Below are positions 53,801 through 62,069 of a stretch of DNA of 64,000 bases, one piece after another (the first letter of the stretch is position 1; every line of letters starts with the position of its first letter). The notes under the pieces were generated by a model. It was not told where the DNA came from. It did no database searches and saw only the letters and a program-made list of their open reading frames with translations. The position numbers and the translations under genes are program-made. The DNA comes from Chloroflexota bacterium (GTDB lineage Bacteria > Chloroflexota > Dehalococcoidia > Dehalococcoidales > UBA2162), in the NCBI GenBank assembly GCA_016190825.1, contig JACPPV010000023.1, positions 139,476-203,475 of the forward strand. Reading direction: 5' to 3'.

Positions 53801-56798
53801 CATAAATCTGGATGGCACCGGTGAAACAAATCTTACCGACTCCATGCCCGGGGACAACTTCTTTCCGTCATGGTCCCCCTTCCTAACTCCACCAACCGTA
53901 ACTACCAATAATGCCGCGAATATCACCTACAGCTCGGCAGTCCTGAGCGGCAACCTGACATCGCTCGGCACGGCAAGCTCAGCCAACGTCACTTTTCAGT
54001 GGGGGGGAGAGTCAGAAAACTATACTGCCAGCACTATCATTCAGACAATGAATACCGCCGGCAGCTTTAGCTCCGATTTAACCAGCCTTTCGGCGAACAC
54101 CACGTATTTTTTCAGGGCGAAGGCTGCCGGTGACGGAGCAGCGTATGGAATCGAGAAGAGCTTCACCACTTTGCCCACTACCCCGGTGGTGAGCACGGAT
54201 AATGCCACGGAGGTTACTTTTAGTTTCGCAATATTGAACGGCACCTTGACCTCATTCGGTACGGCAAGCTCAGCCAATGTTTCCTTCCAGTGGGGGTTGA
54301 ATTCGGAAAACTATACCGGTGAGATTTCTTCGAACTACACATCGATGAACTCTACCGGCGTTTTCAGCGGTAATCTGACCGGTCTCAGTCCGGCCACTAC
54401 CTATTATTTCAGAGCCAGAGCGGTCGGTGATGGCGCCGGCTACGGCGAAGAAAGAAGCTTCACGACCGCGGTTATTCCCTCCCCATCGGTTATCACCGAT
54501 GAGGCCACCAACATTACCTTTACCTCTGCGCAACTTAATGGAAACCTGACCTCTCTGGGCACGGCATCTTCAGTTAATGTATCTTTCGAGTTAGGCGTCA
54601 CTTCTGGTAACTTCACCGGCTATACCGTTCCTCAGACAGTGAATGCCACTGGCAGTTACTCGTTTGCCCTGGGGAGCCTGTCTCCCAACCAGACTGTTTA
54701 TTTCCGGGCGAAGGCGGTCGGCAATGGCACCAGCTACGGTGAGGAAAAGAGCTTCACCACACCAGCGGGGACAGCGCCATCAGTGACAACTGATAATGCC
54801 ACCAATATTACCCATGATTCGGCTTGGCTAAATGGTAGCCTGGCATCATTGGGCACGGCTGACTCCGTCAATGTCTCTTTCCAGTGGGGAACAAGCCCAT
54901 TAACCTATACTGCCGAGACTACTGCCGAATCAATGAATGTAACTGGTGATTTCTATTTCATCCTAGACAGTCTATCCGCTAACACAACCTATTATTTTCG
55001 GGCGAGAGCCCTTGGACATGGCACATTTTCTGGAAGTGAGAAGAGCTTCACAACGCTGCCCACAACCCCGCCATCCGTTACTACTGAGAATGCCAGCGAT
55101 ATCAGGTTTTATGATGCTCGCTTAAACGGTAATCTATCTTCCCTGGGTACAGATGCCTCAGCCAATGTCTCCTTCCAATGGGGAATTAGCTCTGACAACT
55201 ACACGGTTGAGACTCCTGTACAGACAACAAACATTACCGGCCCCTTCAGTGCCAACCTTACCGGATCCCTCTCTGCTAACACCACCTACTATTTCCGTGC
55301 AAAAGCAGCCGGGCAGGGCACTGGCTATGGCGAAGAATTGAGTTTCACTACTTTGCCCACCACTCCGCCCGATGTCATTACGGGAAACGCCACCAATGTG
55401 AGCTACTTCTCAGCGACTCTGAGTGGCACTCTGACGGAACTCGGCACGGCGGCCTCAGTCAATGTCACCTTCCGGTGGGGGACGAGTTCAGGAAATCTAA
55501 CCTCCAACACTTCTGTCCAGACAATGAATGCTACCGGTCTGTTCTCCCTTGACCTGGGCGGCCTGTCAGCCAACACAACCTACTACTATCGCGCCCGGGC
55601 GGAGGGCCACGATTCTGACTCCGGCAGCGAAAGGAGCTTCACCACCCTGGCTACAACTTTACCAACCGTGACTACTCTAGGCGTTGCCAGTGTTACATCG
55701 AGCGGCGCCAGACTGAGCGGGAATCTCACTTCTCTGGGTACGGCTGACTCGGTCAATGTCTCTTTCCAGTGGGGAACAAGCCCGGAGAGCTATACTGCCG
55801 AGACGGCTATACAACCAATAAATGCAATCGGGACTTTCCAGGCTGACGTGGCGCTTTTGGCGAGTACTACCTACTATTTCCGCGCTAAAGTCGCCGGGCA
55901 TGGCGTCGCGTTTGGCGATGAGATGACCTTCACAACATCGGAACCACCGCCCCCATCCAGCGGCGGTGGAGGTGGCGGTGGGGGTGGGGCGCCATCTGGC
56001 ATCATAGCGCTTGGTGTAAACGGCTTCCTGGGAGTAGGTCCACTCATCAACGCTATCACTGGCGTTACTCTGAATGCTGTGAACCTCATCTCTACGGATG
56101 GCAAGGCTTCGGTTGCCATCATAGCCAATACCACCATGCTCATGCCGACCGGACTGGCGGTCACCGGCCTTTCTGCGATTGTGGCTGAGCCTCCGGCTGA
56201 GCCGTCGCCCGGGGGCGCCATCATTCTCAACTATGAGTTCGGGCCCGATGGGGCTAGGTTTGACCCGGCGCTTACGATTGTGATGAGCTATGCCGACGAC
56301 CAGCTACCATCTGGGTTTTCAGAAGCGAACCTGTACCTGGCTTTCTGGGATGGCTCGGAGTGGGTACAACTGGCAAGCATTGTCAATCCAGAGGACAATA
56401 CGGTCACCGGGAAAGTGGAGCATTTCACCAGTATTGCCTTGATTGCGGGAAAACCGGCTCAACCTGTTTCGGTAGTGCAACCACCACCTTTTACTCCAGA
56501 TCCGACGCCTGATCCGGCTCCGGCGTTTTTATCACCTCAACCGTTGACTCCGGAACCTCAGCAGCCGTCGGCTGTTGAGCCCGCTCCTGCCCCGGCGCCC
56601 GAAGTACCACCGGTGCCGGATAGGGAAGCGACTTCGGAACCGATTGTGGGTGAGCCATCGCCTTCCGAGGCGGCGCCCATTCCTACCGGCGTCTTCTCTT
56701 GGTGGTGGATTATCGGTGCGGTCATTGGCGTGGCGATAATCGGCGGCGTAGTATACAGAGTACTGCGGTCAAAGGTGAGGCTGACACCCGAAAAATAA
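50868..56798 (+). CDS. Giant membrane-anchored S8 subtilisin-like protease with FN3-like repeats and a TolB-like beta-propeller
   Basis: 1976 aa. Signal peptide, propeptide, catalytic triad D (VGIVDGG), H (HGTGVAE), S (GTSASAPHVAG). One ~97-aa repeat, one FN3 domain, six PD40 blades (..EIYVMN..). Seven more ~97-aa repeats, a Gly run, a C-terminal globular domain, a Pro-rich stalk and a TM anchor WWWIIGAVIGVAIIGGVVY. Confidence 0.9.
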   Translation: MMKLLKLVQLLVVAALLLSASLSYSEPLPVSAADPEPQPVQLPKNANPKLDSRLNRVLKEQNDKTTSRPAQQNPDEVGTETVRVIIETSANQMGQVRQAASGLGTVEASDGNLLQVNVLAGQLAALADLPGVRFVRTPYSFVEDVVSEGVAVIGADVWQNASYNGSGVKVGIVDGGFAGYTTRQAEGELPASITTWWAPSIGNEGTEKHGTGVAEIVYDVAPGAQFYLANVDTEVDLGNAVDWMIAQGVNVISMSLGWYPGGPGDGTGPIAVIVNRARAAGILWVNSAGNSAREHWQGNFVDTDGDTWHEFSQPSPFDENQSIFVQTGASIIVFLKWDDPWGSSSNNYDLYLTDNQSIIRAASEDVQNGNDDPVEALQFTGAYTGFYRIWIKKVGSPAVRNFHLYSLVQTLEYQVASGSLTVPADSPNVMTAGAVYWNNAGTIESFSSQGPTTDGRTKPDIVAPDGVSTRAYSPGTFSGTSASAPHVAGAAALVKQAYPSYDVVQIQAFLEGRAVDLGDAGKDNVFGSGRLSLGYMTPLVTTDDATTVSHNSASLSGNLTSLGTASSANVTFQWGGESENYTASTIIQTMNTTGSFSSDLTSLSANTTYYFRAKASGQGDAYGVEKSFTTLAIPVPTGLVKISLDNNPFTAFKWNAVDNATAYQVMVDSGNWTDIGNRLTYVQPTILGKGSHTFQVRTKDLWGSASSAASLSFNVTVTADLANTKIAFVSNRDGNMEIYVMNTNVTGVNRLTTDTSHDSYPSWSPDVSKILFTPSRDGQQEIYMMNKDGSNQVRLTNSLGSDFESRWFPDGQKIVFTSSRDNSYEIYVMNADGSGQTNLTNYPNPNLAYNQGIDWQPAVSPDGTRIAFVSTRGSVPGTSQNLDIYLMNADGSDVERLTSHESSDENPSFSPDGKTVAFNSHRNTYSEIYLMDVDGTNQRRLTYSASSQTGHNLRPIWSPDGSKILFERATNGVPRIYSINLDGTGETNLTDSMPGDNFFPSWSPFLTPPTVTTNNAANITYSSAVLSGNLTSLGTASSANVTFQWGGESENYTASTIIQTMNTAGSFSSDLTSLSANTTYFFRAKAAGDGAAYGIEKSFTTLPTTPVVSTDNATEVTFSFAILNGTLTSFGTASSANVSFQWGLNSENYTGEISSNYTSMNSTGVFSGNLTGLSPATTYYFRARAVGDGAGYGEERSFTTAVIPSPSVITDEATNITFTSAQLNGNLTSLGTASSVNVSFELGVTSGNFTGYTVPQTVNATGSYSFALGSLSPNQTVYFRAKAVGNGTSYGEEKSFTTPAGTAPSVTTDNATNITHDSAWLNGSLASLGTADSVNVSFQWGTSPLTYTAETTAESMNVTGDFYFILDSLSANTTYYFRARALGHGTFSGSEKSFTTLPTTPPSVTTENASDIRFYDARLNGNLSSLGTDASANVSFQWGISSDNYTVETPVQTTNITGPFSANLTGSLSANTTYYFRAKAAGQGTGYGEELSFTTLPTTPPDVITGNATNVSYFSATLSGTLTELGTAASVNVTFRWGTSSGNLTSNTSVQTMNATGLFSLDLGGLSANTTYYYRARAEGHDSDSGSERSFTTLATTLPTVTTLGVASVTSSGARLSGNLTSLGTADSVNVSFQWGTSPESYTAETAIQPINAIGTFQADVALLASTTYYFRAKVAGHGVAFGDEMTFTTSEPPPPSSGGGGGGGGGAPSGIIALGVNGFLGVGPLINAITGVTLNAVNLISTDGKASVAIIANTTMLMPTGLAVTGLSAIVAEPPAEPSPGGAIILNYEFGPDGARFDPALTIVMSYADDQLPSGFSEANLYLAFWDGSEWVQLASIVNPEDNTVTGKVEHFTSIALIAGKPAQPVSVVQPPPFTPDPTPDPAPAFLSPQPLTPEPQQPSAVEPAPAPAPEVPPVPDREATSEPIVGEPSPSEAAPIPTGVFSWWWIIGAVIGVAIIGGVVYRVLRSKVRLTPEK

Positions 56799-56959
56799 AA
56801 GCGGCGGAAATACAGGACCCGGGAAAGGTTTACCCTTTTTCTGAACTCCACGATGTTCGGTCAACTTGAAAAAAACACCTTGTCCATTCCGGGTGAGTTG
56901 CCGGTGAGATATCGTCAAAAGCAACGGAGCGGGGCGTTTATGCCGTCACCGACGTGCTA

Positions 56960-56988
56960 TTGACAAGGGTCGGGATGTCTTCTATACT
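56960..56988 (+). promoter_or_regulatory. Sigma70-type promoter of the corrinoid operon
   Basis: TTGACA (56960-56965), 17-nt spacer, TATACT (56983-56988). Confidence 0.55.
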
Positions 56989-57002
56989 ATCACCAACAAT
57001 TG

Positions 57003-57205
57003 AATAGCGTAGGTGTCGGTGTCCCGGCGCTTCCAGTTTGACTGGGAAGATCCGGGGCTGAAAAGGGAAGCCTGTCAAAGTCAGGCGCGGTCCCGCCGCT
57101 GTAGCAGGGACGAAACCCGGGATAATGCCACTTTTCCGATGAATCGGGAGGGGAAGGCGCCGGGAAGTAGGTTGAACTGAAAGCCAGAAGACCTGCCGAC
57201 AAGTT
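57003..57205 (+). promoter_or_regulatory. Cobalamin (AdoCbl) riboswitch aptamer
   Basis: Conserved core ..gctgaAAAGGGAAgcctgtcaaagtcaggcGCGGTCCCGCCGCTGTagc.., B12 box aatGCCACTtttcc, and ..GGGAAGGCgccgg. Confidence 0.85.
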
Positions 57206-57241
57206 ACCTCGTGGAAAGGGCCTTATCGGGAAATGGTAAAT

Positions 57242-57280
57242 CCCCCGGCCGAAAGCTTAAAGGCTGGGGGATTCGTTTTT
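57242..57280 (+). terminator. Riboswitch expression-platform terminator (first)
   Basis: CCCCCGGCC-gaaagcttaaa-GGCTGGGGG (9 bp including one G-U pair), then attcgttttt. Confidence 0.6.
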
Positions 57281-57292
57281 AGCACCACATAG

Positions 57293-57331
57293 ATCCCTAG
57301 ACTTAATAAGCTTAAGTTTAGGGATTTTTTT
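57293..57331 (+). terminator. Second intrinsic terminator in the same leader
   Basis: ATCCCTAGA-cttaataagcttaag-TTTAGGGAT, then a T8 run, 33 nt before the cobS ATG. Confidence 0.55.
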
Positions 57332-57363
57332 ATTGGCCTCGAAAGTGTGGAAGGGTGATGTAA

Positions 57364-58107
57364 ATGGGATTTCTATTGGCTTTACAGTTTTTGACCAGGG
57401 TCCCCATCACAATCCCCCGTATTGTGGATGACAGGGTGATGGCGCGGTCCCTGTCCTATTTCTCCCTCGTTGGCTTACTGATTGGCGCAAGCGCTGCCGG
57501 ACTGCACTACCTGCTTAGTCTGGGCTTCTCACCGACGGTAGCCAATCTGGGCGCAATCATTTTTATGATCTTCGTGACAGGCAATCTTCACGGCGATGGC
57601 CTGATGGATACGGCTGACGGCATTTTCAGCGGGCGTCCGCGGGCCCAGATGCTGGAAATTATGAAGGATAGCCGGGTCGGTGCTAATGGGGTGACGGCTG
57701 GCGTCCTGGCCGTGTTGCTGAAAGTTGTCCTATTGGGCGAGATGGATAGGTCATCGCAGATGATGGCGCTGGCAGTGGCGCCGGCACTGGGCCGCTGGGC
57801 GCAGGTATATGGGGCTGCCCGCTACACCTATGCCAGAAGCAATGGTGGAACGGGCGCCTTTACAGCTCATGTGGGCTGGCGGGAGCTGATTATCAATTCA
57901 ATAGTGGCTGCCGTGTTGGGTCTGGCGCTTTTGAGGATGCATGGATTTATTCTCCTGGGGATTATCCTGGCCGGCACTGTCCTGTTTCACGAGTTCATCA
58001 AGAGTAAACTGGGCGGTATTACCGGTGACACACTCGGCGCTGCCAATGAATGGATAGAAATATTGGCTCTCTTAGGGATGGTTCTCTTGCTATCACCCAG
58101 GTTTTAG
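57364..58107 (+). CDS. cobS: Adenosylcobinamide-GDP ribazoletransferase (cobalamin synthase)
   Basis: 247 aa. MGFLLALQFLTRVPI N-terminus, HGDGLMDTADG motif, multi-TM. Confidence 0.9.
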   Translation: MGFLLALQFLTRVPITIPRIVDDRVMARSLSYFSLVGLLIGASAAGLHYLLSLGFSPTVANLGAIIFMIFVTGNLHGDGLMDTADGIFSGRPRAQMLEIMKDSRVGANGVTAGVLAVLLKVVLLGEMDRSSQMMALAVAPALGRWAQVYGAARYTYARSNGGTGAFTAHVGWRELIINSIVAAVLGLALLRMHGFILLGIILAGTVLFHEFIKSKLGGITGDTLGAANEWIEILALLGMVLLLSPRF

Positions 58108-58111
58108 AAAG

Positions 58112-59212
58112 GTGCGAAAGATGCGCTTATCTATGGAAAAGGTACTAGCCGGCATTCGACCAGTGGACCGTGCCTGGCGGCTAAAAGCCAGAGAACGGCT
58201 GAATGACCTGGCCATTCCGCGCAACAGTCTGGGGTATTTGCTGGACCTGGCGGAACAGTTGGCCGCTATTAAAGAAAGCTTGAACCCTTCAGTAGCCAGG
58301 AAAATGGTGGTGACCATGGCTGGAGATCACGGTGTTGTAGCTGAGGGGGTGAGTGCATTCCCCCAGGAAGTGACCCGACAGATGGTAAGTAACTTCGTTG
58401 CCGGGGGCGCCGCCATCAATGTTTTGGCAGAAATGGCCGGCGCTGGTGTTACCGTGGTGGATATGGGAGTTGCAGCCGACCTGAGCGCTCTGGCAGAAAA
58501 ACAAAAGATACTTTCTTATAAAATCGCCTATGGTACACAAAATATAGTCAAGGGTCCGGCAATGACCCGAAAGCAGGCGGTCCAGGCGTTGGAAGCCGGC
58601 ATAGAGATTGCCGATCTCTTTGTAACAAACGGCATCGAGATGCTGGGCACGGGAGATATGGGTATCGGCAATACGACGCCCAGCAGCGCGATTCTGGCAG
58701 TGTTTTCCGGCCGACCTCCCCGACAGGTTACTGGACGGGGAACAGGGATCAGTGATAGCGCTTTTGATAACAAGGTCACGGTCATTGAAAAGGCTATCGC
58801 TCTAAACAAACCGGACCCAAGAGACGCTTTGGACGTCCTGTCCAAAGTGGGCGGCTTCGAGATTTCCGGGATTGCCGGGTTGATTTTAGGCGCAGCTTAC
58901 CATCGCATTCCGGTGGTGATAGACGGGTTGATTTCGTCCGCAGGGGCTTTGGCAGCAAAAAACCTGGCGCCCAGTGCCGTCGATTACATGATTGCAGCTC
59001 ACCAGTCCGTAGAACCGGGACACCAGTACATGCTGGAAGCCCTGGGGCTTAAGCCGATACTGAATCTAGACCTGCGTTTAGGAGAAGGCACCGGCGCGGC
59101 TCTGGCCATGCACATAGTTGAAACGTCTTCCCGGGTTATCAGCAAAATGCTGACTTTTGCTGATGCCGGTGTCACCGGACCACAGAATCAGGAGCGTATG
59201 GCACATGCATGA
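58112..59212 (+). CDS. cobT: Nicotinate-nucleotide--dimethylbenzimidazole phosphoribosyltransferase
   Basis: GDMGIGNTT, catalytic LGEGTGAA. The true start may be ATG 58133 (MEKVLAGIRPVD). Confidence 0.9.
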   Translation: MRKMRLSMEKVLAGIRPVDRAWRLKARERLNDLAIPRNSLGYLLDLAEQLAAIKESLNPSVARKMVVTMAGDHGVVAEGVSAFPQEVTRQMVSNFVAGGAAINVLAEMAGAGVTVVDMGVAADLSALAEKQKILSYKIAYGTQNIVKGPAMTRKQAVQALEAGIEIADLFVTNGIEMLGTGDMGIGNTTPSSAILAVFSGRPPRQVTGRGTGISDSAFDNKVTVIEKAIALNKPDPRDALDVLSKVGGFEISGIAGLILGAAYHRIPVVIDGLISSAGALAAKNLAPSAVDYMIAAHQSVEPGHQYMLEALGLKPILNLDLRLGEGTGAALAMHIVETSSRVISKMLTFADAGVTGPQNQERMAHA

Positions 59213-60737
59213 TCCGCAGGATATGAATCCCCAATACCTGGAAGACCTGGCTACAGGCTATTGGTACTCCGAGGTGCTTTTTACCGCCGTGGAACAGGGA
59301 CTTTTTACACGGTTGGAGCCTGACGGATTGTCCGTAGTGGAACTCGCCAGGCAACTAAACTATGATTTGGAAGCTTTGGAACGGTATATCCGTGCTCTGT
59401 CTGCTTTAGGACTCGTCTTTGAGGCCGATGGGTATTGCGCCAATACGAAGCTCTCCCGAAAATACCTGGTCCAGGGTGGCGAGGCTTATCAGGGCGACTC
59501 CATCCTCTGGCGCAAATATCTGGCTGAGAATTGGAAAAGCCTGAACCGGTGCCTGGAAAAAGGCACGCGGGTGCTTCTTCCTCCCCAAAATGAGCCTGAA
59601 GAAGCCGTCGAACAACGCCTTCGTCGTTATTGCTGGGCGATGGACTGCATTGCCAGGAACAAGATCGAACAAATCCTGCCATTTTTTTCGAGGCTACAGC
59701 TACGGGGAGAGATTCTGGATGTGGGTTCGGGCCTGGGTGCCTTTTCCGTTGGGTTCTTAAGGCAGTTTCCGGATACAAAAGCAGTCCTCCTGGATATGCC
59801 TCAGGTTCTAAAGTACGCAGAAGAAACCCTCTCCGGCCAGGGTTATCAGGACCGCATTCGTTATCAATCCACCAACGTACTGGAGCCGTGGGGTCTGCGA
59901 GAAACAGGATACAGCGTGGCCATTCTCTCTAACATAGTGCATGCCTTCGGCGAAGCAGAGGTTAGGCACGTGCTTTCTGAAGCGGCGGCCTATCTCGCAG
60001 ATGATGGCTTTTTGATCATCCATGATTTTTTCATGGAGCATTACCCGGAAAAGGCGAGCTTATCGGATCTGAATATGCTGGTGAATACCTATAACGGCAA
60101 AGTTTACACATCCGCCCGGATACGGCAGCAGCTAGGAAGCGCCGGCTTCATGGTGACGGAGCTAATTGCTCTGGGGTCAGACACAGCCGTTCTGGTGGCA
60201 GCCAGACAGCCGCAAAGGCTGGCTGATTTGTGCCTTGATCCTTTGCAGCAGATGTCGGCGCAGATACAGACTCTGGGTTTTCAAGTGGTCAAGCCAATTG
60301 ACGTAAGTGCCATAGCCGTATCTGAGTGGGTTGGGCTCAAGTGTGAATTTGGCTGTGACTTTTTCAACGCTTCGCAATGTCCCCCCAACAGTATCGAACC
60401 GGAGAAAACACGGGCAATGCTGAAGGATTTTTCAAAATGCCTGCTGTTGCAAGGCCCCCCACCAACCCCGGATTTTCAGAGACTGGTGCTGCAAGCGGAG
60501 CATACAGCTTTCAAAAAAGGATATTATAAGGCCTTTTCACTCTGGGCCGGTCCCTGCAGCATTTGCCCGGAGTGCGGCGGCAAAGAGAATTGCCATAATC
60601 GGAGCAACGCACGGCCTTCTATGGAAGCCGCCGGCATCGATGTTTTTGAAACTGTTCGTAAAGCCGGGCTTCCTTTGCAGACATTACCAGGTAAGGATGA
60701 TTACGTGAAATATTTTGCCATACTGTTATTGGAGTAA
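59205..60737 (+). CDS. bzaC: SAM-dependent O-methyltransferase fused to a Cys-rich DUF2284-like domain (BzaC-like)
   Basis: Start MHDPQD overlaps the cobT stop by 8 nt. Winged-helix dimerisation domain, SAM motif ILDVGSGLGAF. The C-terminal ~170 aa carry CEFGC..CPP and CSICPECGGKENC. Confidence 0.65.
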   Translation: MHDPQDMNPQYLEDLATGYWYSEVLFTAVEQGLFTRLEPDGLSVVELARQLNYDLEALERYIRALSALGLVFEADGYCANTKLSRKYLVQGGEAYQGDSILWRKYLAENWKSLNRCLEKGTRVLLPPQNEPEEAVEQRLRRYCWAMDCIARNKIEQILPFFSRLQLRGEILDVGSGLGAFSVGFLRQFPDTKAVLLDMPQVLKYAEETLSGQGYQDRIRYQSTNVLEPWGLRETGYSVAILSNIVHAFGEAEVRHVLSEAAAYLADDGFLIIHDFFMEHYPEKASLSDLNMLVNTYNGKVYTSARIRQQLGSAGFMVTELIALGSDTAVLVAARQPQRLADLCLDPLQQMSAQIQTLGFQVVKPIDVSAIAVSEWVGLKCEFGCDFFNASQCPPNSIEPEKTRAMLKDFSKCLLLQGPPPTPDFQRLVLQAEHTAFKKGYYKAFSLWAGPCSICPECGGKENCHNRSNARPSMEAAGIDVFETVRKAGLPLQTLPGKDDYVKYFAILLLE

Positions 60738-60742
60738 CGCTG

Positions 60743-62068
60743 GTGAAAGTATTGCTGGTCCAGGCGCCATCCGTTGAAAGCGCCAGTTCTGAGCGTGTAT
60801 ATCCCATAGGCATTGTGCTCCTGGGGACCCATCTCAGTAGGGCAGGGTACCAGGTGGCACTGTTTGATATGAACATCGAAGCCGATGCCTATGGTGCTTT
60901 GAAGGCTAAGCTGCTGGCCGAGCAACCGGACGTCGTGGGACTATCCCTGAGAAACATCGACCCACTGGCTAACAAAACAGCCTCTCTGATACCGCCCTTT
61001 GTCGTCACCGTGCGCATGGTGCGCGCGGTCTTGCCCGGCACGCCAATCATCGCCGGCGGGGCCGGTTTTTCGCTGTTTCCCGAGCGCATTATGCGGGAAC
61101 TGCCGGAAATCCGCTATGGTCTGAAGGGGGAAGCGGAGGGCAGTTTCCCGAGGCTATTGGAGGATTTAGAGCGGCCCGGGAAAATTCCAGGCTTGTGTTA
61201 CCGGGAACATGATCGGATGGTAATCAATCCGGTAGTTCCAGACTCTAGCTTTGAAGATTATCTTGTGCCCGACAGAGACTTGCTGCCCCCGGTCCTGTAC
61301 CGGGGCATCAACAAGTATGCTCCGGCCTTTGGCGTAGAAACCAAGAGGGGCTGCCCCTTGCGCTGCGCTTACTGCGTTTATCCCCAGCTTCAGGGCAAAA
61401 TATCACGCTGCCGCAAGCCTGCTGAAGTGGTTGACGAGATGGAAATGCTCCAAGCCAGGTACGGCCTTCGGGATTTTCATTTCAATGATCCCGTGGTCAA
61501 TCTGCCTGGCGGTCATCTGGAAGAAATCTGCGAGGAAATCCTGAAGAGAGGATTACATCTCACCTGGACTGGTTTCTTCCGTGAGGATGTAATGGATCCG
61601 GAAAAAGTGAGGCTCTATGAGAAATCCGGGTGCAGTTGTTTTTCCTTTTCGCCCGACGGTCTTTGTCAGAGCTCCCTGGAGGTGCTTCAGAAGAACCTGA
61701 AAGTCTCCGATATTCTCAGAGTCGCTGAACTGACGGCGCAAACCGATGCGGTAGTCGTGTACCATTTCCTGACCAATGTGCCCGGAGAAAATGCTGAAAC
61801 AATTCGACAGGGTAAAGCTTTGATTGACCAACTGTACGATATTCACGCGCTAAAGAAGAACCTCGGCGCTATGGTATTGAATAACATCCGGATTATGCCG
61901 GGGACACCCATCGAAGCCATCGCCAGAATGCAGGGAGAGATTGACACGGATACCGACCTGCTGTACCCCGTTTACTATAATCCCCAAAAGCACAGGACTT
62001 TAAGGTACGAGTTGGACACCTATCAGATGACAAAGAACGTTTTTATGTGGCAAGGAGTGGAGGCTTGA
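60743..62068 (+). CDS. B12-binding radical SAM enzyme (BzaD/BzaE-like methyltransferase)
   Basis: 441 aa. N-terminal Rossmann-like B12-binding domain (MKVLLVQAPS..). Radical SAM motif CPLRCAYCVYP. Confidence 0.65.
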   Translation: MKVLLVQAPSVESASSERVYPIGIVLLGTHLSRAGYQVALFDMNIEADAYGALKAKLLAEQPDVVGLSLRNIDPLANKTASLIPPFVVTVRMVRAVLPGTPIIAGGAGFSLFPERIMRELPEIRYGLKGEAEGSFPRLLEDLERPGKIPGLCYREHDRMVINPVVPDSSFEDYLVPDRDLLPPVLYRGINKYAPAFGVETKRGCPLRCAYCVYPQLQGKISRCRKPAEVVDEMEMLQARYGLRDFHFNDPVVNLPGGHLEEICEEILKRGLHLTWTGFFREDVMDPEKVRLYEKSGCSCFSFSPDGLCQSSLEVLQKNLKVSDILRVAELTAQTDAVVVYHFLTNVPGENAETIRQGKALIDQLYDIHALKKNLGAMVLNNIRIMPGTPIEAIARMQGEIDTDTDLLYPVYYNPQKHRTLRYELDTYQMTKNVFMWQGVEA

Positions 62069-62069
62069 T

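Noticed and set aside
52486-55930. Regularly spaced ~290-bp DNA repeats, considered as a CRISPR-like or satellite array
   Set aside because: They are in-frame protein domain repeats inside one continuous ORF. The units are far longer than CRISPR repeats and there are no unique spacers.
55962-55988. G-rich run (ggcggtggaggtggcggtgggggtggg), considered as a G-quadruplex or slippage tract
   Set aside because: It encodes a Gly linker using mixed GGN codons, so it is not a pure homopolymer. A structural linker is the simplest reading.
56799-56860. Possible terminator after the subtilase gene (gggaaaggtttaccctttttc)
   Set aside because: Only a 3-bp GGG/CCC stem can form, which is too weak to call.
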